IMG/VR virus record: IMGVR_UViG_3300032223_001832
Location: 1-64,000 of that record
Length of the DNA: 64,000 nt
Reading direction: 5' to 3' (one strand)
DNA from: a virus
The notes beneath the pieces are model-generated. The model was not told the origin of the DNA. It worked only from the letters and a program-made list of their open reading frames with translations, and searched no databases. The position numbers and the translations under genes were made by a program. Positions 39,483 to 49,066 of this stretch are shown piece after piece; position 1 is the first letter of the stretch, and each line of letters begins with the position of its first letter.

Positions 39483-39887
39483 ATGGAACTTAAAGACATT
39501 AAGAGCAACTTACGTCAATACCTACGCCTTAAAGATGAAATCGGTGTTTTAAGCACTCGACAAAACGAGCTTAAATCACGTCTTACAGAAGCTGTTGATG
39601 AAATTGAAGCTGATGACCGAGGTCATCGAGTACTGGTAGTAGAGGATGAACTTGCGGGAGAAGTGAAGCTAACCCGCCAACGTCGAGTATCTAAAACTCT
39701 TGACATGGAAGTTGCAGAAGACATCCTTACTAAAAAAGGTATTAAAGACACTTGTATTAAGATGGTTCCTCAAATTGATGAGGATGCAATCATGACTGCT
39801 TTTTACGGCGGATATTTAACTGAAGAAGACATTGATAAAATGTTTCCAGCAAAAGTTTCATACGCATTTTTGGTTGATGCCAAGTGA
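39483..39887 (+). CDS. Hypothetical protein (Gam/Gp157-like coiled-coil)
   Basis: GGGGAG RBS; N-terminal coiled coil. Confidence 0.65.
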   Translation: MELKDIKSNLRQYLRLKDEIGVLSTRQNELKSRLTEAVDEIEADDRGHRVLVVEDELAGEVKLTRQRRVSKTLDMEVAEDILTKKGIKDTCIKMVPQIDEDAIMTAFYGGYLTEEDIDKMFPAKVSYAFLVDAK

Positions 39888-40024
39888 CCTACGACTTTAT
39901 GGCACAAGAGTGGTTTGGTAAATGCGGTGCCTGTGGCACTGAGTTGTTTGCCCCCAATAAAGGTGCGTATGTGCTTCAGTACTCAATACATACACATTCT
40001 AAAGACTGCTTAGGTGGTTGGTAG
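39884..40024 (+). CDS. Small Cys/His protein
   Basis: 46 aa with CGAC...HTH..C; overlaps both neighbours by GTGA/TAGTG. Confidence 0.45.
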   Translation: MTYDFMAQEWFGKCGACGTELFAPNKGAYVLQYSIHTHSKDCLGGW

Positions 40025-40491
40025 TGACTGACGATTTAATTGATTCTACTTTTTCTGACCTGGATGAGTACTACCCAGGCAGTAAACGCAAGCGCAAAAA
40101 ATCCGTACCTAAGAAGCCAGAGATAGTTCCTGACGACTCTTGGGATTCAAAACCATTTATGAAAACTCTACCTAACGGTAATGAAGTAGAGATGTTCACA
40201 ATTGGTGCGCTAGCGTCCGCACTAGGTCGCCCCGTAATAACTATCCGCACGTGGATTAAGGAAGGCTACCTACCTGCATCGCCATACCGCTTACCCGCTA
40301 AAAAAGATATTAACGGGGAAGACCACCAAGGCCGACGGCTGTACTCAAGGGCTATGGTGGAAAAGACAATCGAACTCTTTGCTTCGGCTGGACTTCTACA
40401 CATAAAGCGTATAGAATGGCCATTACACCGACAGCTCAGTAATGAGATTGCCGAGGCTTGGAATAACATCCGAGCAACCGAAACTAAGTAA
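40024..40491 (+). CDS. MerR-like HTH DNA-binding protein
   Basis: 'FTIGALASALGRPVITIRTWIKEGYLP...RRLYS'. Confidence 0.8.
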   Translation: MTDDLIDSTFSDLDEYYPGSKRKRKKSVPKKPEIVPDDSWDSKPFMKTLPNGNEVEMFTIGALASALGRPVITIRTWIKEGYLPASPYRLPAKKDINGEDHQGRRLYSRAMVEKTIELFASAGLLHIKRIEWPLHRQLSNEIAEAWNNIRATETK

Positions 40492-40519
40492 ACACTATGA
40501 TAAAAGGATGATAAACCAA

Positions 40520-41188
40520 ATGGCAGTAAACCGTACAGATGAATACGTAGTTGACAACGATGAGTTTGCGAACTCAGATGAACCAATTACAGCGCGTCCA
40601 GCGCAATCAACCAGCACTAACGTTTTGTCAGGCTGGGATGCAGCAACAGTCTCATCAAGTGGAGATTATCCAAAGGACTTTAAGTTCGTTGATGGGGAAA
40701 TCCAAATTGTAAAGTTTCTTGACCCTAACGGTCCCTTTGCAGTTTATAAGCAGCACTACCTTGACCAGATTAAGACTGGAAAGCGTTCTTTTGTATCGCT
40801 AGGTAGCAACGACCCTCTTTGTGTAAAGCTTGGTAGCAAGCCTGAAGAAAAGAAAGCCTTCAGCATTGCTAACCTAAGTGCAGCAGGTGGTCCACAACGT
40901 CAAGTACTTACCGCTAGCCCACGACTTTATAAGTCGTTGCATGCAGCACACTTCTCACCACAGGGTCCTCTAACAAAGAACTACTGGGCAATTAGTCGCA
41001 CAGGTAAGATGCAGACAACCATTTATCACATTAACTCTGTAAAAGCCCGTGACCTCGCTGAGGACTGGGGCATCACCGATGTTGAGGCCATTGAAGCGGC
41101 TATCGCTAACATGGTCCCATTTGACCGCTCCTTTATTAAGGAGAACACTTGGGAAGAACTAGACGCAATCGCGAACTCACTTCTCTAA
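40520..41188 (+). CDS. Single-stranded DNA-binding protein (gp32-like)
   Basis: 'IVKFLD..P.AVYKQH', 'DPLC', 'ISRTG...T.Y'; directly before the DNA polymerase. Confidence 0.65.
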   Translation: MAVNRTDEYVVDNDEFANSDEPITARPAQSTSTNVLSGWDAATVSSSGDYPKDFKFVDGEIQIVKFLDPNGPFAVYKQHYLDQIKTGKRSFVSLGSNDPLCVKLGSKPEEKKAFSIANLSAAGGPQRQVLTASPRLYKSLHAAHFSPQGPLTKNYWAISRTGKMQTTIYHINSVKARDLAEDWGITDVEAIEAAIANMVPFDRSFIKENTWEELDAIANSLL

Positions 41189-41198
41189 CAACTAGGTC

Positions 41199-41257
41199 GC
41201 TGGAGGGCCAGGTCAGTTTCCCCTGGTCCTGGCTCTCTAGCTTTACAGGGGATAAAC
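41199..41257 (+). promoter_or_regulatory. Hairpin with anti-SD loop in the polA leader
   Basis: Stem 41199-41212/41228-41241; loop TCCCCTG is complementary to the SD CAGGGGA at 41246-41252. Confidence 0.55.
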
Positions 41258-43228
41258 ATGAATATCATTACAACAAAAGAACAGTTAGACGAGATGGTCG
41301 CGTATTATCTCAAACAAGATGCTTTTGCATTTGACGTGGAAACCGTTGGAGATTATCGCGGTATTCCAGCAGTAAACGATGTGTTGTGGATTAGCTTTGC
41401 AACATATGGCCGAGGTGACGTAATCCCTATGGGCCACCCTCACGGAGAATTTATATCTGAGTCTTTTCCTTTAACAGGTCAAGGAGAGAAGCGTGTAGCC
41501 GCTGGTCTTCCTGCTCGTGACTCTGATTACTCACGCGATAAAAAGAAAGCTATTAAAGTATTTGGACCTGCCCCTGAACAGTTGTTTCCTGCAGAAGTTT
41601 TTAAGGCCATTAAGCCATTAATGTTTAACGACAAGATTCTTACAATTGGTCACAACTTAGTTTTTGACCTGTCATCGGTTGCTAAGTATTACAAGGGTCA
41701 AATCCCTGATGGACCTTATTTTGATACCCTTATGGCTTCTTTTTTATACAACAACCTTAACCGCGGCAAACTTGGTCTTGACGACTGTTTGCAACGTGAG
41801 CTTGGCTATTCAATGCAAAAGGGTATTGGCCACAAGGTAGAGATTTATGCGTTTAGTGAGGTAGCAAAGTATTCGTATCTTGATGCGAAGTACACGTTCC
41901 TATTGTGGAAAGACTTAGTGCCTAAGCTTGAGGCCGCTGAGGTTAACGTTGTTATGGACTTAGAGATGGATGTTTTAAAAGTCCTATGCGATATGAAACT
42001 TACAGGTGCTCCAATTGACATGGAAGAACTGCAAGAGCTGTTTGATAAATTAAGTCAGGACATCGAGACAGCCAAATCTGAGGTTTATCGTATTGCTGGG
42101 CGTGTGTTTAATATGAACTCCAACAACGAAAAGCAGTACGTTCTGTACGGACCTAAAGAAGAAGGTTGTCGTGGCCTTAAACCTGTACTTCTTACAGGTA
42201 AAGGTGCTAAGAAAGAATCTGACTCTGTTGAGTACACGGATTACTCTGTATCTGCTGAGGCTTTAGAGCCGCTTCGTGAGAAGGATGAACTAGTAGGTGC
42301 GCTTCTTCACTACGCTGATTTAAATAAGTTGATGAGTACTTATGTAATCCCGTACCTTGGTGGTGAAGTTACTAAGACTGTTAACGGCAAATCTAAGACT
42401 GAAGACCGTGAGTCAATGCTTATTAATGGTCGTATTTACGGAGATTTTGTTCAATGGGGTGCCGAGACTGGTCGTTTCTCTAGCCGTAACCCAAACCTAC
42501 AAAACATTCCTAACCCATCAGCCAGTGAGAACGGTCGTCGTATTCGTAATTTGTTTACCGCGCCTGACGGCTACAAGTTAGTTGTTGCTGACTACTCACA
42601 GATTGAGCCTCGCATTATTGCGGCCATGTCTCAAGACCCAATTATGGTTAAGAACTACGTAGATGGCGGTGACATTTATACAACCGTAGGTGACACTATG
42701 GGAGTTGACCGTAAAGCGGGTAAGGTCTTGGTTCTTGCTATGGCATACGGCGTAGGTCCTGACAAGATTGCAAGAAGCATTGGTTGTACCGTGCCTGAAG
42801 CCAAAAAGCTTCTTAACGACTTCTCTGAGAAGTTTTCTTCGGTAGACAAGTACCGCGGTCGCGTAGTGGGTGTAGCCCGTAATAAAGGTTACGTTACGAC
42901 TATTTTAAAACGCCGTCGTTATCTGCCTGAGATTAACTCTCGTCAAGTTGGCTATAGAGCCAGCGCTGAGCGCCAAGCGTTCAACACGCGTATTCAAGGC
43001 TCTGCAGCAGATGTTATCAAGCTTGCTATGATTAGGGCACATAAGATGATTCCATCTGAGGCTAAGCTAATCCTCACAGTTCACGATGAACTGGTTACTT
43101 TGACTCCTGACCATCTTGTTGACAAAACTACAGAAGCTATCCGCGAGGCTATGGAAGGCATTACGCTTATCCCTATCCCATTGATTGCTGATATTAAGGT
43201 GGTTCAGAAGTGGGGCGAAGCTAAATGA
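41258..43228 (+). CDS. polA: DNA polymerase family A with 3'-5' exonuclease
   Basis: 'FDVET', 'HNLVFD', 'TGRFSSRNPNLQNIP', 'DYSQIEPR', 'QGSAAD', 'VHDEL'. Confidence 0.95.
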   Translation: MNIITTKEQLDEMVAYYLKQDAFAFDVETVGDYRGIPAVNDVLWISFATYGRGDVIPMGHPHGEFISESFPLTGQGEKRVAAGLPARDSDYSRDKKKAIKVFGPAPEQLFPAEVFKAIKPLMFNDKILTIGHNLVFDLSSVAKYYKGQIPDGPYFDTLMASFLYNNLNRGKLGLDDCLQRELGYSMQKGIGHKVEIYAFSEVAKYSYLDAKYTFLLWKDLVPKLEAAEVNVVMDLEMDVLKVLCDMKLTGAPIDMEELQELFDKLSQDIETAKSEVYRIAGRVFNMNSNNEKQYVLYGPKEEGCRGLKPVLLTGKGAKKESDSVEYTDYSVSAEALEPLREKDELVGALLHYADLNKLMSTYVIPYLGGEVTKTVNGKSKTEDRESMLINGRIYGDFVQWGAETGRFSSRNPNLQNIPNPSASENGRRIRNLFTAPDGYKLVVADYSQIEPRIIAAMSQDPIMVKNYVDGGDIYTTVGDTMGVDRKAGKVLVLAMAYGVGPDKIARSIGCTVPEAKKLLNDFSEKFSSVDKYRGRVVGVARNKGYVTTILKRRRYLPEINSRQVGYRASAERQAFNTRIQGSAADVIKLAMIRAHKMIPSEAKLILTVHDELVTLTPDHLVDKTTEAIREAMEGITLIPIPLIADIKVVQKWGEAK

Positions 43229-43701
43229 GTTTTTTTGATAAATTTCGTAGAAAGCCAGAATACGTCATGGCTTCTATGGAAGTTCCTATGTCAACTATTC
43301 TTAGATGGTATTTATACGATACCGCTATGGCTGAGGTTAATGAGATTTCAGAACTTATAGGCCTCACTCCAGTAAGTGAAGAGGGAGATTTAAAAGAAGA
43401 AGAAGATAGTGAAAACCGTTTACTAGCTATTTCTACTGTATTTCCTTACTTAGATTCAATTGCTGACATGAGCGCAAATGTATTGACCACTATTCACCTT
43501 AAAGAGTTGGGTGAAAACGGTAATGACGATATGGCAAAGTTTATGGAAGAAGAATTAAATAGCATGAAATCAGTTTACAAAGCGGTTGCTTTATCAACTT
43601 TAGTTGGTGCGTTTTCTATTGCAAACCATCTTCAATTAATTCACATTGATGCGATAGCCGCAGACACAGTAGAAGCAGATATGGAGATGTTCGATGAGTA
43701 G
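43225..43701 (+). CDS. Hypothetical protein
   Basis: Coupled ORF, 158 aa. Confidence 0.65.
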   Translation: MSFFDKFRRKPEYVMASMEVPMSTILRWYLYDTAMAEVNEISELIGLTPVSEEGDLKEEEDSENRLLAISTVFPYLDSIADMSANVLTTIHLKELGENGNDDMAKFMEEELNSMKSVYKAVALSTLVGAFSIANHLQLIHIDAIAADTVEADMEMFDE

Positions 43702-44092
43702 TAGCAATTGGTGGGCTAAGCAGTTAGGTACCAACCCTCCTGCGCCACGCCCAGTTTCACCGCCTGAAGTGTCAGGTACTCATCAACCGCAAATGCCTGC
43801 AGTACCATTGCCACAGTCTTACGCGCCTACACCTAACTATCCTCAAGTACCACAGCAACAATTAGCACCTGTGTGCCCAAGTTGCCGTAGTGGTAATTAC
43901 GGTGGTCCCGCTGGTTATAAGCCTCGTTGCTATGACTGTGGTTATCCAATTGAGCAATCTGGTTCAGGATTAGGTAAAGGCATTACAGGAGGGCCACAGG
44001 CTTCAGGGCCTGCAACTCCTGCTAAGCAAGTAGCAACAGGTGGGTTCAATGGAACCAAGCCTGTAATTGGAGCAGACGGAGGGTTCATGTAA
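43694..44092 (+). CDS. Pro-rich zinc-ribbon protein
   Basis: 'CPSCRSGNY...RCYDCGYP'. Confidence 0.65.
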   Translation: MSSSNWWAKQLGTNPPAPRPVSPPEVSGTHQPQMPAVPLPQSYAPTPNYPQVPQQQLAPVCPSCRSGNYGGPAGYKPRCYDCGYPIEQSGSGLGKGITGGPQASGPATPAKQVATGGFNGTKPVIGADGGFM

Positions 44093-45147
44093 TGGCTGCA
44101 ATATCAGCAGAGTTAGCAAAAGCGTTTAAGGATATTAACAAGAGCATGGGCGAAGGCACCATCGTTCTTGGTTCAGACATTCGTGAAGATGTTATGGGAT
44201 ACATAACCACTGGTTCTATTTCACTTGATGTTGCGCTTGGTGGTGGTTGGCCAATTAACCAATGGCACGAAATTATTGGCGAAGAAAGCCAAGGTAAGAC
44301 AGCTATTGCCCTTAAGACAATTGCTGCTAACCAAGCAAAAGACCCAGAGTTCACTACTGTATGGATTGCTGCTGAACAGTGGGTTCCTAAGTACGCAGAG
44401 ATGTGCGGAGTAGACACGTCTCGCGTGTATATCGTTTCTACAAATATTATGGAGGAAGCCTATGAGGCTGTCATTAAAGTCACCGAAACTAAAGCTGTTG
44501 ATTGCATTGTTGTTGATTCCCTCCCTGCTTTGGTACCTGGGGCAGAGGACGATAAAAACATGGATGAACACACCGTCGGACGAGGAGCACTCCTAACCAA
44601 CAAGTTCTTTCGCAAAGTAGGTCTTGCTTCAAAACGCTCGCTTGTAGAATACGAGCGTCCTTTTGTTGGAATTATTATTAATCAATGGCGTGACAAGGTT
44701 GGCGTTATGTATGGCGACCCACGCACTACACCAGGCGGCAAGGGTAAAAACTATAGTTATTTTACCCGTGTAGATATGCGCCGTGACGACTGGATTGAAG
44801 CTGGTTCAGGAGAAAATAAGCGTCGTGTAGGTCAGGTAATTAAAGCCCGAGTACTAAAGAACAAATCAGCCCCACCTTCACGTGTGGCTAGCTTTGACTT
44901 TTACTTTGCAGAGGGCGGAGAAATCCCTGCAGGAGAGTTGGACTTTGGTAAAGAACTTATTGCTATCGGCAAGTTAAATGGCGTTATAGCCCGTGCTGGA
45001 GCCTACTATCGGTATGGCGAACGGCAATGGCAAGGTGCAGATGCTATGCTTAGCTCAATTCGGGAAGAAGTTGAACTCAAAGAGGCCCTTGAACGGGATG
45101 TACTAGACTCAATTAAAGCTGGGTCTAAGTTTGCATATGAAGAGTAA
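44092..45147 (+). CDS. recA: RecA-like recombinase
   Basis: 'TTGSISLDVALGGG.P', 'GEESQGKT', 'VVDS', 'INQWR.KVG..YGDP.TTPGG'. Confidence 0.95.
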   Translation: MAAISAELAKAFKDINKSMGEGTIVLGSDIREDVMGYITTGSISLDVALGGGWPINQWHEIIGEESQGKTAIALKTIAANQAKDPEFTTVWIAAEQWVPKYAEMCGVDTSRVYIVSTNIMEEAYEAVIKVTETKAVDCIVVDSLPALVPGAEDDKNMDEHTVGRGALLTNKFFRKVGLASKRSLVEYERPFVGIIINQWRDKVGVMYGDPRTTPGGKGKNYSYFTRVDMRRDDWIEAGSGENKRRVGQVIKARVLKNKSAPPSRVASFDFYFAEGGEIPAGELDFGKELIAIGKLNGVIARAGAYYRYGERQWQGADAMLSSIREEVELKEALERDVLDSIKAGSKFAYEE

Positions 45148-45496
45148 GGGCCAAAAAGAGTCTCAGAAGCACGAGGCGCGGTTAGCAAAGAAGTTCGGTG
45201 GTTCCACAGTGGCAGCCAGCGGAGCTTTTTGGAGCCGTAAAGGCGATGTTCGTTCACAAGAGTTATTAATAGAACACAAGTGGACAGGCAAAGCTTCCTT
45301 TACCGTCAAAGCGACAGTTCTGGAAAAGATTGTTAACGAAGCAATCCTTGATACAAGAATGCCTGTGCTAGGTGTGAGTCTCAATGATAAGAATTACGTG
45401 TTGCTTACTGAAGACGATTTTCTAGAAATGCGCCAAACTCTTCAGGAGCACACTTGTACGAAGACGTCGGACATAACGAAGGCTGGAGATATCTAG
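45137..45496 (+). CDS. Hjc-like PD-(D/E)XK resolvase
   Basis: 'E.RLAK', 'SGA....KGDV', 'IEHK'. Confidence 0.75.
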   Translation: MKSKGQKESQKHEARLAKKFGGSTVAASGAFWSRKGDVRSQELLIEHKWTGKASFTVKATVLEKIVNEAILDTRMPVLGVSLNDKNYVLLTEDDFLEMRQTLQEHTCTKTSDITKAGDI

Positions 45497-45771
45497 CCAA
45501 GTGTCATGGCATGGATACTGAACTGTGGTATCCCCCACGAGACAAATCTAAATATAAATCTATTGCAGAGATTTCAAAAGCTGTTTGCTATGGCAAAGAC
45601 GGCTTGCCTGAATGTCCTGTGCGTAAAGAGTGTTTGCTCTACGCAGAGAAGATGGACGAGCAACATGGAATCTGGGGTGGCATGAGCCACCGTGAGCGTA
45701 ACGCATTAAAAAGAAAAGCTGCTAAGGCGGGTCTAAGCCTTGAGGAGTGGATAAATACTCTTAAGTCGTGA
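45454..45771 (+). CDS. whiB: WhiB-family transcription factor
   Basis: Four Cys, 'CPVRKECL', 'HGIWGG', 'ER'. Confidence 0.9.
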   Translation: MYEDVGHNEGWRYLAKCHGMDTELWYPPRDKSKYKSIAEISKAVCYGKDGLPECPVRKECLLYAEKMDEQHGIWGGMSHRERNALKRKAAKAGLSLEEWINTLKS

Positions 45772-45783
45772 TAGGTTACCGCC

Positions 45784-46632
45784 ATGACTACAAAGTACAA
45801 ACCAAGCGGTGCATTAAAGAGTTTTATAGACGTGGCTAAAAAAGACACACGAGTATTAGGTTCTGTAGAACGTTATCTACTATCAAAGCCACGTGATGAG
45901 TCGCGTCGAACAGATGTTCTACACCCATCAGAGATGGCTGGAGATGACTGGTGTTATCGCGCTTCGTACTATCAGCTATTAGGTCATGCGCCTGTCGCAA
46001 AGCGCAAAGCCTCACTTACTTTGTTATCTGTATTTGAAGAAGGACACGCTATTCATGCCAAATGGCAACGCTGGTTTTATGAGATGGGTGTTATGTATGG
46101 CAAGTGGTATTGCAAAGACTGTGAAGAGATGTTCTGGGGCGGTTCAGACTGCCATGAAGGGCCACTTGAGTACCGAGAAGTTCCGCTGTTTTATGAGCCA
46201 CTGCGTATCTTTGGGCATTCCGATGGTTGGCTAGTTGGCCTTGGAGAACCTTTAATGCTTGAGGTTAAGTCAGTAGGTATGGGTACCCTTCGCTGGGAAG
46301 CGCCTGAACTTTTGATTGAGCACGATAATAACTTTGAAGCGGCATGGAAAGCTTTAAAAGCACCATTTAGAAAGCACATCACTCAGGTTCAGATTTATAT
46401 GAAGTTGGCTGAGTTGCTTGGGTATGAGAATGTGCCACAAGAAGCCGTACTTATTTATGAGGCAAAACCTAACCAAGAAGCAAAAGAATTTGTAGTCCCT
46501 AAATCTGATTTTGGTATTACCGAGTTGTTTGAGGCTGCAGAGATGATTGTCAAAGCAGTTAATGATAAGGTTCCACCAGTATGCAATATCGCTACAGATG
46601 GTTGCGCAAAGTGCAGGGGATATAATGATTAA
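45784..46632 (+). CDS. Cas4-like exonuclease
   Basis: 'HPS....C.R', 'G..IH', 'GHSDG', 'EVKS', 'Q.QIY', C-terminal C..C..C. Confidence 0.85.
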   Translation: MTTKYKPSGALKSFIDVAKKDTRVLGSVERYLLSKPRDESRRTDVLHPSEMAGDDWCYRASYYQLLGHAPVAKRKASLTLLSVFEEGHAIHAKWQRWFYEMGVMYGKWYCKDCEEMFWGGSDCHEGPLEYREVPLFYEPLRIFGHSDGWLVGLGEPLMLEVKSVGMGTLRWEAPELLIEHDNNFEAAWKALKAPFRKHITQVQIYMKLAELLGYENVPQEAVLIYEAKPNQEAKEFVVPKSDFGITELFEAAEMIVKAVNDKVPPVCNIATDGCAKCRGYND

Positions 46633-47101
46633 TTTAGTAACTACTGGCGTCAGTGAAGAAGTTATAAAGGTACTTGAGGCCCAAGGGTTGCCTGTAAAGC
46701 GCAACCTAGATATTGAAGTTCCACCGTTTCCACGTGATATTACGATGGTAGACGACCAAGAACTTATGGTTCTTATGACTAACTACATGGAAAACTACAG
46801 CTTTATTCGTACCCAAGTAGCTGCTGCTGCTTTGTCTGAAACAGAAGCAGAGAACGAATACGCCATGGCAGAGGCTAAAGCTTTGCTTACCCACACCTCA
46901 GGCAAGAGCACAGAGAAAGCCACAATGTTGAAGTCTACGGTTATGTCTCTAGATGAGATTCAAGACCTTAGCCGCAAGAAGCTTTATGCTCACGCTTACC
47001 GAAAGATGCTCGAGACAACTATGGATAACTTAGAGCGGTACTACAGTCTTACAAGTCGTGAACTAACTCGTCGCACATCTTCTATGAGGTCACGCTTCTA
47101 G
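46625..47101 (+). CDS. Helical hypothetical protein (possible recombination mediator)
   Basis: Coiled coil ending 'SRELTRR'; UvsY-like position is an inference. Confidence 0.55.
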   Translation: MINLVTTGVSEEVIKVLEAQGLPVKRNLDIEVPPFPRDITMVDDQELMVLMTNYMENYSFIRTQVAAAALSETEAENEYAMAEAKALLTHTSGKSTEKATMLKSTVMSLDEIQDLSRKKLYAHAYRKMLETTMDNLERYYSLTSRELTRRTSSMRSRF

Positions 47102-47640
47102 TGAAGGTTTTTAATAAAGGGGTCGTGGACCCTGCTCAACCTGTGTACATTGGTATTGACCAGTCATACACAGGTTTTGCTTTAACCGCTGTGCAGGGAG
47201 ACTCGTTTTATAGCGAGGTTTACAAGTCCGATAAACACGGCATAGACCGACTTCGCGATATACAAGCACATGTAATGAACTGGCTTCATCAGTTTGACCA
47301 TATAGAAGACGTGGCCATGGAAGGTTATGCGTTTGGTTCACAAATGGCTAATATGCTTGGTGAACTAGGCGGGATGGTTAAGTTGACCCTTTTAGACTTT
47401 GGCATCTACCCATTAATTGTTCCGCCAACCAGCCTTAAGAAGTACGTGACAGGCAAAGGTACAGGTGTGCCTAAAAGTCAAATGCTTTTGCACGTTTATA
47501 AAAAATGGAATGTGGACATCACAGATGACAACGCGGCTGATTCGTATGCTTTGGCCCGCCTCGTGTCGGGGTCGCATACCCTTGCTTATGAAAAAGAGAT
47601 TTATGATAAGCTTCAGGACCCAAAGTTTAGGGAGAGATAA
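47101..47640 (+). CDS. RuvC-like Holliday junction resolvase
   Basis: 'IGIDQS', 'MEGY', 'LKKYVTGKG...K', 'DNAADS'. Confidence 0.85.
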   Translation: MKVFNKGVVDPAQPVYIGIDQSYTGFALTAVQGDSFYSEVYKSDKHGIDRLRDIQAHVMNWLHQFDHIEDVAMEGYAFGSQMANMLGELGGMVKLTLLDFGIYPLIVPPTSLKKYVTGKGTGVPKSQMLLHVYKKWNVDITDDNAADSYALARLVSGSHTLAYEKEIYDKLQDPKFRER

Positions 47641-47810
47641 TGCCTAACTATGACTTTACCTGTCTTACTTGTGATAAGACAACAGAAATTCATATGACCT
47701 ACGATGCCACAGAGCGCCCTGTTTGTGATAAGTGTGGGGAGTTCATGTTTAAATCGTTTACCCCACCAGCAATTCATTTTAAAGGTGGGGGTTGGGGAGG
47801 CCAAGGATGA
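47640..47810 (+). CDS. FmdB-like zinc-ribbon protein
   Basis: MPNYDFTCLTC...CDKCG...FKGGGW (not in the ORF track). Confidence 0.8.
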   Translation: MPNYDFTCLTCDKTTEIHMTYDATERPVCDKCGEFMFKSFTPPAIHFKGGGWGGQG

Positions 47811-48049
47811 GTAAAACACAAGATAAGCAAAAGGCTCGTATGGAAGAGACAAAAGCATTTGTACAACAACGTCGTCAATTACAGTACGAGATTTTAAAAA
47901 ATAACTTTGATGTTGGGGTAAAGCTTTACTTGGACAATAAAGACAAGATGTCTGAGGACGAGATTAATCAAGTAGAAGGTATGATGGCTGAGCAGGAAGC
48001 TGCTCTTGAAAGGATTCGCCTTGAGGCCTATCCGAGCACTGAAGCCTGA
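47807..48049 (+). CDS. Hypothetical protein
   Basis: ATGA-coupled helical ORF. Confidence 0.6.
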   Translation: MSKTQDKQKARMEETKAFVQQRRQLQYEILKNNFDVGVKLYLDNKDKMSEDEINQVEGMMAEQEAALERIRLEAYPSTEA

Positions 48050-48236
48050 TTACACGGGGAATATGGACCATGAGCATGAGATATGCCATGAGTGCCCACA
48101 CTGTGAGTCCAACCTTTGGAATGTAAAGGTCAGTTTTGACGACTATGAGATAGCCCAATACCTGCTCCCTATGGAATGCGCTATCTGTGGTTCTTACGCC
48201 ACTGCCCCTACCCCTTTAGACAGACCAATAGCTTAA
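48021..48236 (+). CDS. Zinc-ribbon protein
   Basis: 'CPHC...CAICG'; GAAAGGA RBS before TTG. Confidence 0.6.
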   Translation: MRPIRALKPDYTGNMDHEHEICHECPHCESNLWNVKVSFDDYEIAQYLLPMECAICGSYATAPTPLDRPIA

Positions 48237-48292
48237 ATTCGTTCATAATTTATTCTGCGGGAGAACACCATTCGTAACCCAAGGAGCATAAA

Positions 48293-48571
48293 TTGACAGA
48301 ACAAGAAGATACCAACGTACTCAGAGTAGGCGCTGGAAGTAATCCCCAAGCTGTAGCCTCGGCTATTGCACACAGTGTTTATGAAACACGCGCAGCTAAA
48401 ATCCGTGCCGTAGGTGCGGGAGCTGTAAACCAAGCCGTTAAAGCCATTGCAATTGCACGTGGTTACACAGCCCCTCGAGGCCTAGACCTAGTCTGTATTC
48501 CTGGTTTTTCAACTATTAAGAGCCATGACGGCGATATCTCAGCTATTGTCTTTGATGTTAAGGCTAATTAA
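48293..48571 (+). CDS. spoVS: SpoVS-family (Alba-like) protein
   Basis: 'LRV...SNPQAVASAIA', 'AVGAGAVNQAVKAIAIARGY.AP.G.DL.C.P.F'. Confidence 0.85.
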   Translation: MTEQEDTNVLRVGAGSNPQAVASAIAHSVYETRAAKIRAVGAGAVNQAVKAIAIARGYTAPRGLDLVCIPGFSTIKSHDGDISAIVFDVKAN

Positions 48572-48632
48572 GGCTGTATTTAATTAGTAAATACCGTACA
48601 TTTAACAGACACCTTAGGCCAAAGGAAACTAT

Positions 48633-48956
48633 ATGAAGACAGATTCAAAGAAGAACCCAGCGCCACTTGCGCCTACTTCTACTGCGCCAGGAAAGGCTCC
48701 AGCACACACTGTTGCTAAGCCTGAAAAAGGAACGCTTGTTAAGAAGAAGAACACAGCTGCTGGCGACCCAACAAAGATGGCTAAACCATCTCGTTCGCAC
48801 ACAACAGCTAATGCACGTGGCGGCGCTCGCTACGGTGTTCGCGTAAAGTTCCAAAAGACAGAAGCACCAGAAGCTGGCGCTACCCAAGGTAACGGACGCA
48901 TTTTGCCATCTGTTATGGGTCAGTCTGCAAACTGGAAAGCTGGCGCGGCTGAATAA
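48633..48956 (+). CDS. Basic disordered hypothetical protein
   Basis: AAGGA RBS; K/A/P-rich; followed by a terminator. Confidence 0.65.
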   Translation: MKTDSKKNPAPLAPTSTAPGKAPAHTVAKPEKGTLVKKKNTAAGDPTKMAKPSRSHTTANARGGARYGVRVKFQKTEAPEAGATQGNGRILPSVMGQSANWKAGAAE

Positions 48957-48978
48957 TTAGCCGACTAAACTACAAATT

Positions 48979-49003
48979 GCCCCGTCGAAAGGCGGGGTTT
49001 TTT
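48979..49003 (+). terminator. Intrinsic terminator
   Basis: GCCCCGTC-GAAA-GGCGGGGT followed by TTTTT. Confidence 0.85.
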
Positions 49004-49066
49004 GTTTCCATAATTACAACCGTGTGATAGGCTTTTGTTGCAATCACGATGGCAACGAGGAGTCAT

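Noticed and set aside
41258-45147. Inteins or introns in polA/recA (also checked dnaB and nrdJ)
   Set aside because: Lengths are normal, motifs are contiguous, and no intein-terminal HN-C/S/T or LAGLIDADG blocks were seen.
45784-46632. Cas4-like gene as a sign of CRISPR-Cas
   Set aside because: No repeat-spacer array or other cas genes seen; stand-alone Cas4-like nucleases are routine in phage recombination modules.
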